The notes under the pieces: generated by a model
The model's database searches: none
What the model saw: only the letters and a program-made list of their open reading frames with translations
Told to the model about the DNA's origin: nothing
Assembly: GCA_031962025.1 (NCBI GenBank)
Contig: JAVRKW010000004.1
Origin: Pseudothermotoga sp.
Lineage (GTDB): Bacteria; Thermotogota; Thermotogae; Thermotogales; DSM-5069
Strand: one strand, 5' to 3'
Length of the DNA stretch: 64,000 bases
Translations under genes and position numbers: made by a program
In this document: one piece after another, positions 8,386 through 17,928 of the stretch
How the letters are laid out: each line of letters starts with the position of its first letter
Position numbering within the stretch: the first letter of the stretch is position 1

Positions 8386-9129
8386 ATGGAAGAGTACTAT
8401 GACGTTGAAATGCGAATTGAAGGTGGGGACTGCAAATTCAGAATCATTTCCAACATTGTTGACCACAAGTCTTTTGTGATTCTATTCAAAAAGGAGAATG
8501 ATTCTGATGACTACAAAGTGGTTGAGGAAAAAAGAAACCTGGACATGATGTCAGCTTCAAAACTGATCTACGAGACGGCAAAAAAGGTTACAGAAAGTAC
8601 GAGAACTAAAAGCATACACCTTTATCCGCTTGGAGGAGATGCCGCTACCTTTGAGATTGAGCAGAAAGGTGAAAAATGGCTGTTGAAATGGGAATACGAA
8701 GGAGTGCCTGCAATCTTGGACGAAGAGATAAACTGGGAACTGATTAAAAACGACAGTCGATGGTCACTTAGGCCAGTTGAGGTTACATTGACGCCATTTA
8801 GACTTTTACTGCAGTTAGGAAACCCTAAGTCACAGGAAGACTCTCCAGTTGTAGAGGATGATTCAAATGCTTTTATAGATGAATCAAATACTACTTTAGA
8901 TGAAAATGAATCAGATGTCGTTATACATAGAGAAGTACTCTTCGAGAATAAAAAACTGGAAGAAAAAATGCAAGCTCTTTCACAGGAGTTCATGGGTGAG
9001 CCAATAAAAATCGTGGGTAAATCAATGGTTTTCACAGAGGTCAAAGAATTCGACAGCTACGAGAAAGCACTGGAAGATTGCCTTGGAATCATCAAGAAAT
9101 TTGTGGTGTTCTTGAAGGTGAGACCTTGA
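8386..9129 (+). CDS. Hypothetical acidic protein
   Basis: 247-aa ORF with GGAGGTG SD; no recognised motif. Confidence 0.75.
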   Translation: MEEYYDVEMRIEGGDCKFRIISNIVDHKSFVILFKKENDSDDYKVVEEKRNLDMMSASKLIYETAKKVTESTRTKSIHLYPLGGDAATFEIEQKGEKWLLKWEYEGVPAILDEEINWELIKNDSRWSLRPVEVTLTPFRLLLQLGNPKSQEDSPVVEDDSNAFIDESNTTLDENESDVVIHREVLFENKKLEEKMQALSQEFMGEPIKIVGKSMVFTEVKEFDSYEKALEDCLGIIKKFVVFLKVRP

Positions 9130-9863
9130 AGAAAGTCGACAAATTAACATACGAAGAACTTGTATGGCTTCACGACAATGATTTTGCAAGACTTTTCAAT
9201 GATCTACAGATGATAGACAAATATCGTGCTCCAGCATGGAAAATCACACTTAACTTTTTTGAACCTTTCACACCAGACAGATACAGAGTAACTGCGAAGA
9301 TAGAGCAGATAGAAATCGTTCAAGAAAAATACCTTGTAATCTTCGAAGGATGGCTTTCGATTAAAGATACTCTGTTAAAAAGAAATCTGATAGTCGAATG
9401 CTTTGGCTTTGCCAACGCAGCTTTAAGTGGCTATCAGCTGATTGCCAAGCATACTGTGGAGGAATTATCTCAACTTATGGAGGTGGTTGAGCCTGGAAAA
9501 GCTCTGAAGATCGAAAATGTTGAAGAAGACATCAAGGAGGTGCTTGAAGATTTAAGTGAAACTCAAATGAAAGGAGGAAAATTTACAATGGGTGAGTTTT
9601 TTAAGTTGCTTGGCATGTATGCCGAATCTATTCAAAACGCAGGTCAGTCAATGGACTTGATGCTCAAAATTCTTCAAGAGAGAATAAAGATGGTCGAACA
9701 AAATTCGGAAGAATATGCAAGCCAGCTTTTTGAAGACCTTTATAATTTACAGTACAGGGGAATGGATCTGTTGAAACAATCAGACATTCTGCTGGTCCAG
9801 ATAATGAACTTGTGCTCAAAACTATCCAACAGCAATGTCACAGAGAACAAAATGACAGCATGA
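9126..9863 (+). CDS. Hypothetical protein (TTG start overlapping upstream stop; helical C-terminus)
   Basis: Long ORF coupled via TTGA to the upstream gene; internal AAAGGAGG SD and ATG at 9588. Confidence 0.7.
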   Translation: MKKVDKLTYEELVWLHDNDFARLFNDLQMIDKYRAPAWKITLNFFEPFTPDRYRVTAKIEQIEIVQEKYLVIFEGWLSIKDTLLKRNLIVECFGFANAALSGYQLIAKHTVEELSQLMEVVEPGKALKIENVEEDIKEVLEDLSETQMKGGKFTMGEFFKLLGMYAESIQNAGQSMDLMLKILQERIKMVEQNSEEYASQLFEDLYNLQYRGMDLLKQSDILLVQIMNLCSKLSNSNVTENKMTA

Positions 9864-9873
9864 TTTGGGGGTG

Positions 9874-10035
9874 ATGATCTTTTACTACAGGTGCAAAAAC
9901 TGCGGGCAGATTTATTATTCTGCGGCTGAGCTGTCTGGGAAACAGCTTGTTTGCGACAAGTGCGGCGGGATCATCGAGAAAGTGGATCAAAAGGAATTGA
10001 AAAAAGAAGACAAACGCAAGGAGGGGGATGAATGA
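9874..10035 (+). CDS. Small zinc-ribbon protein (53 aa; below the ORF-track cutoff)
   Basis: MIFYYRCKNCGQIYYSAAELSGKQLVCDKCGGIIEKVDQKELKKEDKRKEGDE with CxxC...CxxC; GGGGG SD-like run; stop overlaps the RNase H start (ATGA). Confidence 0.8.
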   Translation: MIFYYRCKNCGQIYYSAAELSGKQLVCDKCGGIIEKVDQKELKKEDKRKEGDE

Positions 10036-10451
10036 CCATCTACACAGATGGTTCTTATTCAAATCAGACCAATGTTCTGGGGTATGCCTTTTGCGTCGTG
10101 GAAGATCACACGGTTCAGCAGTTCTCAGATGCATTTGTTTTGAAAAGAGGAAGCTCAACGATAGCAGAGATAATAGCGGTGATAAAATCACTTGAATACT
10201 GCAAAAAGAACGGTATTGAAAATCCTGTGATTGTTCACGATTACAATGAACTGCCGTTTCTTGCTTTTGGATATAGAAAATCTCCGCCGTCTATGTATAG
10301 TTTTGTAAGACAGTTGCAGGAGCTCACCAAAAAAGTTAAGCCGAGGTTTCGCAAGGTAGAAGCTCATAAAGATGATGAATATAACAACCTGGTTGACAGA
10401 CTGGCAAAAGAATCCATGCGCAAATTCGTACTGCAGAAAGAATCAAGTTGA
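10032..10451 (+). CDS. Ribonuclease HI-family protein (catalytic domain only)
   Basis: IYTDGS, AEIIA, VHDY, KVEAH..DEYNNLVDRLAK: complete DEDD set and His loop. Confidence 0.88.
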   Translation: MTIYTDGSYSNQTNVLGYAFCVVEDHTVQQFSDAFVLKRGSSTIAEIIAVIKSLEYCKKNGIENPVIVHDYNELPFLAFGYRKSPPSMYSFVRQLQELTKKVKPRFRKVEAHKDDEYNNLVDRLAKESMRKFVLQKESS

Positions 10452-10702
10452 GTTAGTCTCAAATAAGTTCCACAGGGGGCTTTATCAAAGTATTTTCTTT
10501 GAAAAGTTGTCTCAAAATACCATGAAAACGGCATTTTTTCATGATCGGTGATTTTTGTTTTCCGTATTATATATACTGGACAAGCTTGTGCCGGACAGAT
10601 CTGTCTTCGTATATTGGCATAGGTCTAATTTTTCAGGTCTCCCGCTGTTGCATTTGAAAAAATAGGATATAATATTTTACATTGAGTCGGGAGGCGGTGA
10701 AA

Positions 10703-11869
10703 ATGAATAGATTTTTCCTGCTGGTGTGTATAACTGGTCTTATTGCAGTTGTAGGTTTTGGCTCGGTTGCCAATTCAAGCAATCTTTTTGGAATTGATCT
10801 TTACAAGATGCTGGTGAAAAAACCTGGAAATATGTTCATTTCTCCTTTCAGTATCAGTTCGGCTCTGGCAATGACCTATATCGGTGCGAATGGTAACACT
10901 GCTTTACAGATGAAAAAAACTCTTTACTTTGATCTTGATGATGAGTCACTGCACACTGGTTTTTCACAGTTGATTGAATCTTTAAACCAGCCGAATGACA
11001 ATTACAAGCTGGCTGTTGCCAATTCTCTGTGGGCTCAAGAGGATTACATCTTCCTAAAAGAATTTCTCGAGCAGGTGCAGAAATACTACCAAGCTGGATT
11101 GAACTACGTGGATTTTAAGAGAGAAACAGAAAAAGCAAGGCAGCAGATCAACAAATGGGTCGAGGAAAAAACAAATGGCAAGATCAAAGAGATCATCCAG
11201 CCAGATGATATAGACCAACTAACAAGGCTCATTCTGGTAAATGCCATATATTTCAAAGGAATGTGGCTTAAACCATTTGATCCTTCTTTGACTCGAAAAG
11301 CACCGTTTTATATCACCAAAGACAAAAGCGTTGAAGTGGACATGATGTTCAAAAATACTACAACTAACTACACAGAAGATCAGTCAGCTCAGGTTCTTGA
11401 ATTACCCTACGCTGGAGAAAAGATCTCGATGATAATTGTACTTCCAAAAAAGAGCTTAGACCAGTTAGAGAAAGATCTTTCTTTGGACCTTTTAAAAGGA
11501 TGGATAAAAAACTTTAAGCAAGAAGAAGTGGATATTTATCTTCCAAAGTTCAAAATAGAGTACAGAACATATCTGAAGGAACCGCTTATGAGTATGAAAA
11601 TGGTTGATGCTTTTACAGATGCAGCGGCGGACTTTTCAAAAATGGACGGTACACGCACGCTCAAGATCCACGATGTGATTCATCAGTCGTTCATAGAGGT
11701 GAACGAAGAAGGTACAGAAGCGGCTGCGGCAACAGCCGTTATAATTGTGGGTAAAGGGCTGAGTATGTCAAAGGTATTCAAAGCAGATAAACCTTTTATT
11801 TTCTTTATATACGATAAAACAAACGATTTAATCCTTTTCATGGGTAGGTTAGTTGATCCAAAAATTTAG
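10703..11869 (+). CDS. Secreted serpin (serine protease inhibitor)
   Basis: Signal-peptide-like N-terminus, NMFISPFSI, INKWV.EKTNGKI, LVNAIYFKG.W, hinge EEGTEAAAAT, FKADKPFIFFI, LFMGR..DP. Confidence 0.96.
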   Translation: MNRFFLLVCITGLIAVVGFGSVANSSNLFGIDLYKMLVKKPGNMFISPFSISSALAMTYIGANGNTALQMKKTLYFDLDDESLHTGFSQLIESLNQPNDNYKLAVANSLWAQEDYIFLKEFLEQVQKYYQAGLNYVDFKRETEKARQQINKWVEEKTNGKIKEIIQPDDIDQLTRLILVNAIYFKGMWLKPFDPSLTRKAPFYITKDKSVEVDMMFKNTTTNYTEDQSAQVLELPYAGEKISMIIVLPKKSLDQLEKDLSLDLLKGWIKNFKQEEVDIYLPKFKIEYRTYLKEPLMSMKMVDAFTDAAADFSKMDGTRTLKIHDVIHQSFIEVNEEGTEAAAATAVIIVGKGLSMSKVFKADKPFIFFIYDKTNDLILFMGRLVDPKI

Positions 11870-11872
11870 ATG

Positions 11873-11901
11873 ACTGCCCCCGCAAGGGGGCAGTTTTTTT
11901 T
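11873..11901 (+). terminator. Intrinsic terminator after serpin
   Basis: ACTGCCCCC-GCAA-GGGGGCAGT followed by a T run. Confidence 0.88.
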
Positions 11902-11933
11902 ACAAGCATGGATCTGACCTGTTGCCCAAACGG

Positions 11934-12977
11934 CTAAATTACAAGCAATCTTCCATCTGGATTGAATCTTTTGTACAGTTGTATCCTCAAATTCTGGTAT
12001 TTTCTGTAATGTTCGATGTGATCGTAATCTGGTTGATTCCAGGGTTCTTTTTGTGAAAGTATTCTGTTGAATTTTTCCACAAGATCCTGTTCAAATTTTC
12101 CAACATATTCGTTTTTGATAAATTTTTCAAATGCTGTTTCAAATTCATGCCAGGATTTTTCTTCCTCACCGGGTATGATCGGGTAAAATAGCCCATTGTT
12201 GGATTTGACGGCTTTCAAATCTCCTATCGCATCACCTATCATGAGAACCTCGTCATCCTTATAACCTCCGACCTTTTTAGCGAGCTCTATGTGCTGGGCT
12301 TTTGTACCCATCTCCTGTCCTGCTATGAGTGATATGTATTGAGAAAGGTTGTACTTTTCCCAATAATCTGCAAGATCATCGTACGGTGTCTGTGAGACAA
12401 CTATGATGTCTGCATGCTGTGCCATCAGCTTCACTGCCTGTTCCACGCCGTCAAACGGAGGTATCTGCGCAGAAATGTGTGGAAAGGTTCTGTTAACCGC
12501 TTCGCTCCAGCCGAGCAGTTTGTACAGACCAAAGGCTTTCGGTTTTTCTTCATTTATGTATTTTTCCAAGGTCTGGTTTCCAAGCCCTAAGTTGTTTTTT
12601 CTGGCGTACTCTATGAAATCTTCAACGATTTTTAAATCTGGAAGTTTTATGTTCTTTTGCTTTACAATCTGCTGTACGTCGTTTCTTTCATAAAGAGCAT
12701 GGAGAATGAGCTGGATTGCGATGAATCTGTTGCATCCTCTGTGTTCTGAAAACAGGTTGTAGTACTCTGCTATTTCCCTGTAGTAAGATTCGATTTCCCA
12801 CAGATTATAGAATTCCATAAAATGCGGGTGAAAGATCAGAATCTGTTTGCCGTTCATGTTGTCTGTGACGCATCCATCCGTGTCAATTGCGATGAGAAAT
12901 TTCTTGGTTCTTTTGAAATTCAAAAGCTGTTCTTTGGGTTTTTCTTTCAGCTCCTTGTGCGTCAATCTGGTATACAT
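11934..12977 (-). CDS. HAD-superfamily phosphatase
   Basis: IDTDGC motif I, VVSQT motif II, GTK, MIGDA.GD motif IV. Confidence 0.85.
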   Translation of the reverse strand: MYTRLTHKELKEKPKEQLLNFKRTKKFLIAIDTDGCVTDNMNGKQILIFHPHFMEFYNLWEIESYYREIAEYYNLFSEHRGCNRFIAIQLILHALYERNDVQQIVKQKNIKLPDLKIVEDFIEYARKNNLGLGNQTLEKYINEEKPKAFGLYKLLGWSEAVNRTFPHISAQIPPFDGVEQAVKLMAQHADIIVVSQTPYDDLADYWEKYNLSQYISLIAGQEMGTKAQHIELAKKVGGYKDDEVLMIGDAIGDLKAVKSNNGLFYPIIPGEEEKSWHEFETAFEKFIKNEYVGKFEQDLVEKFNRILSQKEPWNQPDYDHIEHYRKYQNLRIQLYKRFNPDGRLLVI

Positions 12978-12983
12978 TGGTCT

Positions 12984-14312
12984 TCACGCTCCTTGATGTC
13001 TTAAGCCCGCGGGAGTGTAAGGTGGACACAGTTTTGGTGCGAGTATTTCTTTGAAACGGGCAAATTCCGGTAATGGTCCACCTATTAAGGGCATTGCCCA
13101 TTTTACAAAGTCATCTGTTACATCGACTTTGTTTTCACTGATCCACTCTCTTGGAAATTCTCTTGCGCTATTGGCTACGACATTCAACGGTACTTTTGAG
13201 TATTGAACCTGGTATTTTTCTGCTTTGGTTCTGATGATCGTTGCCATATAGCCTGTCTCGCCATTCAAAGCGAGTTTTGCGGCAAAGGCACCAACTTCAT
13301 AGGCTTCTTTCAAATCCACCTCGGAGACATAGGCGATTTCCCTTCTCTGCCTCGTTCCTGGCTTTTCGTATCTTGCTATGCCCGGGACGACCAATCTGCT
13401 TCTTGCCCTGCCTTTTTCATCCTTCCTGTCAAGACCGTTCAGATAGTTTGCAAGGACCTGTTCTGCACTTTTTTCAGCGGCACTGAACTGCGCATGTCCA
13501 AAACTGTCTTTGAGTATTCCCAGATCTCCGACATTCACACCTTCACCTATTATCACAATGCATCTTTTGTGGATTTTCAGCATTTCATTGACTTTCTCGG
13601 TGATGTATTCGAGGTTTGATCTGTAGTCATCCTGTGAAAGCGCTTCGGGGAGTATTATCAAAAGTGGCAGTTGTCTTTCGGGGTCGGCGAGCCTGGCGGA
13701 AGCCGTGATGAAACCCATTTTTCTACCCATGACACCTATCACCAAAACTGGATCAGATGTGTAGCTTGCTTTGTTTTCTTCGTTCGCTTCGAGCACATTT
13801 ATGGCTGTGTTTCTTGCCACGCTTCCATAGCCAGGATCGTGGTCGCATATAGCGAAAGTACCATCTTCCTGGAGCTTTCCACCAAGGTCGTTGTCTATGG
13901 TTTTCGGGATACCAACGCAGATCACTTCAAGTCCTTTTTCGCGGGCGAGCAGGCTCACTTTGTTTGCTGTATCCATTGAATCTTCTCCACCGCAGTAGAG
14001 AAAATAACCAACATTATGAGCTTTGAAAACCTCAACTATTCTTTCAAGATCTTCCTGTGATTTGATTTTGTAGCGGCAGCTTCCTATAACCCCTGCCGAT
14101 GGCGTTTTTTCAAGCAGTCTTATCTGCTTTGGGTCCTGTGCAGTTATGTCTATGAGTTCTTCATTCAAAACTCCCAGTATACCCATCTTTGCACCGTAGA
14201 TTTTTCCAACTTTACCGCTTTCCATAAAGGTTTCGATCGCACCGCGCAAGCTGTTGTTTATGACAGAAGTTGGACCTCCCGATTGAGCAATAACAACGTT
14301 TTTCACATTCAT
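12984..14312 (-). CDS. PPi-dependent phosphofructokinase family protein
   Basis: QSGGPTSVIN, GSCRYK, GGEDSMDT (Asp typical of PPi enzymes), PKTIDND, MGR. Confidence 0.85.
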   Translation of the reverse strand: MNVKNVVIAQSGGPTSVINNSLRGAIETFMESGKVGKIYGAKMGILGVLNEELIDITAQDPKQIRLLEKTPSAGVIGSCRYKIKSQEDLERIVEVFKAHNVGYFLYCGGEDSMDTANKVSLLAREKGLEVICVGIPKTIDNDLGGKLQEDGTFAICDHDPGYGSVARNTAINVLEANEENKASYTSDPVLVIGVMGRKMGFITASARLADPERQLPLLIILPEALSQDDYRSNLEYITEKVNEMLKIHKRCIVIIGEGVNVGDLGILKDSFGHAQFSAAEKSAEQVLANYLNGLDRKDEKGRARSRLVVPGIARYEKPGTRQRREIAYVSEVDLKEAYEVGAFAAKLALNGETGYMATIIRTKAEKYQVQYSKVPLNVVANSAREFPREWISENKVDVTDDFVKWAMPLIGGPLPEFARFKEILAPKLCPPYTPAGLRHQGA

Positions 14313-15586
14313 GCCTCCCTCTTCAGATCGTACAGAAATTTTCCACCATGTTCGATCCAGAGGCAGTCGTCTGATTTGAAATCTTCTTTTCTTATAGATT
14401 TTGGATCACGGTAGGCTAAGCCGACTGCTTCGCATTCTTTTTTTGGTATAGAGGTTGCAAGGGTCACGGTGAAAGCGAATTCTTCCTTTCCTGTTGAGGC
14501 ATCAAAGGTGCCGTCACCTCTGACATTTATCACATGTGCTGCCACGTTGAGATCAAATTTTGGATGTTTTTTCAAAAATTCCTTGACATAACCCTTGCAG
14601 TGATATCCAATCTCACGTATAGATCTGTCCATCTGTGCATTTGAATGAAAGATTTTTATGTGTGGTGCATAGATTATGATTTCTCCATTCGGTGCAAGAA
14701 CGCCGGGTTTTTGGAGTTTGTATGAACCTTTCCCTGCTGTCCATATTTCGTCGTAGTTTTCTCCAATTACCTGCACCGCCACTTTCACGGGTTTTTTCAG
14801 ATAAATTATGTGAATCTGCTGGCTTGCTCTCACTGCCTGTTTGTAAGCTCTCAAAGACCCCTCAAAGTCAAAGTCTGCGTAAAGTCCCTTTGCGAGTATC
14901 CCGTCGTCTGTTTCTTCATACACCATGTTCAAAAATAGAACTGGTGATCTGACTTTTTCAAAGGCAATTTTGCAGGCTTGGTTGATGACGTCTCTTGCCG
15001 GATTGTCCACAGAACCTATGATTCTTGGGATGCCTATCAGCACGGCTGCCCAGTGGAATAAACCCACCACATCCGGTCCAGCGATACCCGGTACTATGGA
15101 TTTTAAACCACCGGAAAAGCCTGTAGATTCATGGGGTGAGGTTCCGCTCAGAACGATTATCAAATCGTACTTTTCAAAGAACAGTTTGTTCAGCGTCACC
15201 GGTAATGGTTCTTCAAGATCACCCATGGTCTTTTCGCTCACGAACTCTTTGCTCAACAGCCCAACGGTTGTGAGTGCATCTGGGTTAGCGTACTCGTGGT
15301 TAAAAAAGGTAAATTCTTCCTGGTAAAGCCCGAGTTTTTTCCTAATCTCTTTTTCACTCATCGCCCGGTGTGTTCCACTTGCATTCAGAGTGTGAAAGGT
15401 CTTCAATCCTCTTTTTTTGAGCTTTTCAAACAGCAGTGGGACCAGTTTGTCTGAAAAATCCTGACGCGTGTAATCTGGGTGTATCAAAAGTACTTTTTCA
15501 AGTTTTCTGTCTGGCAAAATTTTTTCAACAAGTTCAGATAGTTTTTTTTCAGAAAGTCCACCTGAAAGATTCTCAATAAATTCCAT
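14309..15586 (-). CDS. LarA-family nickel-pincer epimerase, probably D-mannonate/D-gluconate 2-epimerase (GntE-like)
   Basis: PDYTR, ASGTHR.M, PHESTGFSGGLKSIVPG, FHW; directly downstream of uxaE and the fructuronate reductase. Confidence 0.78.
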   Translation of the reverse strand: MEFIENLSGGLSEKKLSELVEKILPDRKLEKVLLIHPDYTRQDFSDKLVPLLFEKLKKRGLKTFHTLNASGTHRAMSEKEIRKKLGLYQEEFTFFNHEYANPDALTTVGLLSKEFVSEKTMGDLEEPLPVTLNKLFFEKYDLIIVLSGTSPHESTGFSGGLKSIVPGIAGPDVVGLFHWAAVLIGIPRIIGSVDNPARDVINQACKIAFEKVRSPVLFLNMVYEETDDGILAKGLYADFDFEGSLRAYKQAVRASQQIHIIYLKKPVKVAVQVIGENYDEIWTAGKGSYKLQKPGVLAPNGEIIIYAPHIKIFHSNAQMDRSIREIGYHCKGYVKEFLKKHPKFDLNVAAHVINVRGDGTFDASTGKEEFAFTVTLATSIPKKECEAVGLAYRDPKSIRKEDFKSDDCLWIEHGGKFLYDLKREA

Positions 15587-15599
15587 TTCCACACCCTCT

Positions 15600-16424
15600 T
15601 CATACTCCAGAGTATGCATTGAAACCGCCATCTATCGGTATGACTGCGCCAGTTACAAATTTTGAAGCTTCTGAACAGAGCCATACACATACGCCGATGA
15701 GATCATCCGGGTCACCAAATCTGCCCATAGGTGTGTGATCTATTATCGCCTTCCCTCTTGGTGTGAGATTGCCCTGTTCGTCGAGCAGCAGATACCTGTT
15801 TTGCTGTGTCAGGAAAAATCCCGGTGCGATGGCATTGACTCTGAGATTTTTGTTGTATTCCATAGCAAGGTGAACGGCAAGCCACTGTGTGAAATTGCTC
15901 ACAGCAGCCTTTGCCGCAGAATACCCTATCGTGCGCGTCAATGGTCTGAAAGCAGCCATCGAAGAAATGTTTATTATTGAGCCGCCTTCTTCTCTTTTTG
16001 CCATGAGTTTACCAAATACCTGAGATGGAAGGATAGCTCCACCGAACAAATTCAGTGCAACCACTTTTTGCAGAGCGTCTAATGGCAGATCAAAAAAGCT
16101 CAGCTCGGCTGATGTCGTTGCCTGTGGCATGTTTCCTCCTGCAGCATTGAGCAAAACATCTACCTTACCAAAATCTTTTAAGATTTCATCGCAGACTTTT
16201 CTGATGCTCTCGATATTCAGAACATCCATGTAATAACCTTTGGCGACAAAACCATCCTGCTGCATCTGTCCGGCAACGTTATCAAAATTTTTGATGTCGC
16301 AGACAGCGATCCTCGCACCAAACCTTGCTAAACCCCTGCCTATTGCAGAACCAAGAATGCCTGCACCACCTGTTATCACCACGACTTTTCCATCCAGACT
16401 GAACAATTTGTAAGCTTCATTCAT
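15600..16424 (-). CDS. SDR-family D-mannonate oxidoreductase / fructuronate reductase (UxuB/UxuD-like)
   Basis: TGGAGILG, NAAGGNMP.AT, RPLTR..GYSAAKAA, NAIAPGFF. Confidence 0.88.
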   Translation of the reverse strand: MNEAYKLFSLDGKVVVITGGAGILGSAIGRGLARFGARIAVCDIKNFDNVAGQMQQDGFVAKGYYMDVLNIESIRKVCDEILKDFGKVDVLLNAAGGNMPQATTSAELSFFDLPLDALQKVVALNLFGGAILPSQVFGKLMAKREEGGSIINISSMAAFRPLTRTIGYSAAKAAVSNFTQWLAVHLAMEYNKNLRVNAIAPGFFLTQQNRYLLLDEQGNLTPRGKAIIDHTPMGRFGDPDDLIGVCVWLCSEASKFVTGAVIPIDGGFNAYSGV

Positions 16425-17922
16425 CCTGAACACCCCTTTCGCTCAGTTTGTCAAGATGTTTTTGCATGTGATTTTTGACAAATTCATAGTGCAATTTTTC
16501 GTTATCAAAGAGTATCCTGAAGATGCGGTCTTTGAAAAGATAATTTCCCGATTCCTTTGCCGTGAGAATAGAACCGTATGTTATGTGAATTAACTGGCGG
16601 GCATCTGGCATTTGCAACAGTTTCACAAGATCTGCGTCGCTCATTTTGTCGACATCAGGTATTTTATCCAGATCAGTTGTCACGTGATATGATGCTCTAT
16701 CTGCTTCAAAGCGCGTAAGGGCGTATTTGTGTATCTGTCTGTAAAGGGAAGCATCTTTCACGGCTATCACTTTGATTGCCTGCAAATAGCTTGTTCCTGC
16801 GGTTTTGATGTGTAAATTGCCTTCGGTGTAACGTGCAAAAATCGGATACACGCTGAATTTATCGCTTCCTGAGTGCAATGAAAGTTTGTAACCAGATAAA
16901 ACTCTGGCAATTTCACTGTGAATTTCTATTTCTTTCTCAAGATCCGAAAGATCACCCACGTAATCTATGCCTTTTTGCCACTGCCCGACAAACCTTGGAG
17001 CAAGGGTTTGAAAATCCACACCTCTTCTTCTCAGTTCCTGTACGATGAATATGTGAGCCAATGGAGTCGTCGGTGTTGATGTTTCATCGATTGAAACTTC
17101 AAGGTCGAAGTCTTTTTTTACACTTCTGAGTGCATCGTAGCACCTGACAACGTGTTCTATCACATCGATGTAGGTGACAAAGATCTTTAAAAAGCTCTCT
17201 TCGTCCATGATGAGTTTTTGTTTTGATAGGTTGAAAGTTTTGTTCACATATTTTGCTTCGATTTCCCTTCGTTTCGGGTGAGACTGGTAAAACTCGGCAA
17301 CCTGTTTCTGGCTCATTTTACTTATGTCTTTCACGTGGTCTGATGGATCCAATGTGTACATACTGTATCCTTCGTGCGCCGCGTTCATAAGATCTTCGAT
17401 CTGTTTAACATGATCTGCATCGGCACCAAAGTCTTTGGTATATCCGCTCTCAAATACACCCCAAATGGCACTGTTAAGAACGCTTTTGAAGGTTCTTTCA
17501 GTTCTTGAGAGTTCTCTCACAGATTGCTGGGCAAAAATCGGGAAGATATCATGGTTTTTTGCAGCAGTGGCATGTGCAGGTGTGGCTATTCCAAGCCTGT
17601 CGCCAAAACCGAATGAAGTTTTCTTACTGCATCTTTTTGGGTTGAGATCAAGCAGTTCTCTGATTACACCGCAGTTTTTGTCTGAAAGCTCGCAGAGTAT
17701 CACATCGAGATTTTCTATCTCACCGATTTTGTTTGCTTGGAATTTTTCACATATACCTTTTTTACCGGCTACCACGAGTTGTTTTTTATCTTTTCCTCTG
17801 CACATGAAGAAAACAGAAGAATCCATCTGGTGAACTGAATCGGTATAGATCTCGAATTTGTTTTCTGTTAATCTCTTAAATTCTTTGAGAATAGATTCAG
17901 CATGTCTTCTCAAGATTTTCAT
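16417..17922 (-). CDS. uxaE: Tagaturonate/fructuronate epimerase
   Basis: SFGFGDRLG.ATP, AQQSVRE..RT.R, GADADH, EVSIDET, KLSLHSGSDKF, HIKTAGTSYL. Confidence 0.93.
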   Translation of the reverse strand: MKILRRHAESILKEFKRLTENKFEIYTDSVHQMDSSVFFMCRGKDKKQLVVAGKKGICEKFQANKIGEIENLDVILCELSDKNCGVIRELLDLNPKRCSKKTSFGFGDRLGIATPAHATAAKNHDIFPIFAQQSVRELSRTERTFKSVLNSAIWGVFESGYTKDFGADADHVKQIEDLMNAAHEGYSMYTLDPSDHVKDISKMSQKQVAEFYQSHPKRREIEAKYVNKTFNLSKQKLIMDEESFLKIFVTYIDVIEHVVRCYDALRSVKKDFDLEVSIDETSTPTTPLAHIFIVQELRRRGVDFQTLAPRFVGQWQKGIDYVGDLSDLEKEIEIHSEIARVLSGYKLSLHSGSDKFSVYPIFARYTEGNLHIKTAGTSYLQAIKVIAVKDASLYRQIHKYALTRFEADRASYHVTTDLDKIPDVDKMSDADLVKLLQMPDARQLIHITYGSILTAKESGNYLFKDRIFRILFDNEKLHYEFVKNHMQKHLDKLSERGVQDE

Positions 17923-17928
17923 CTCCCT

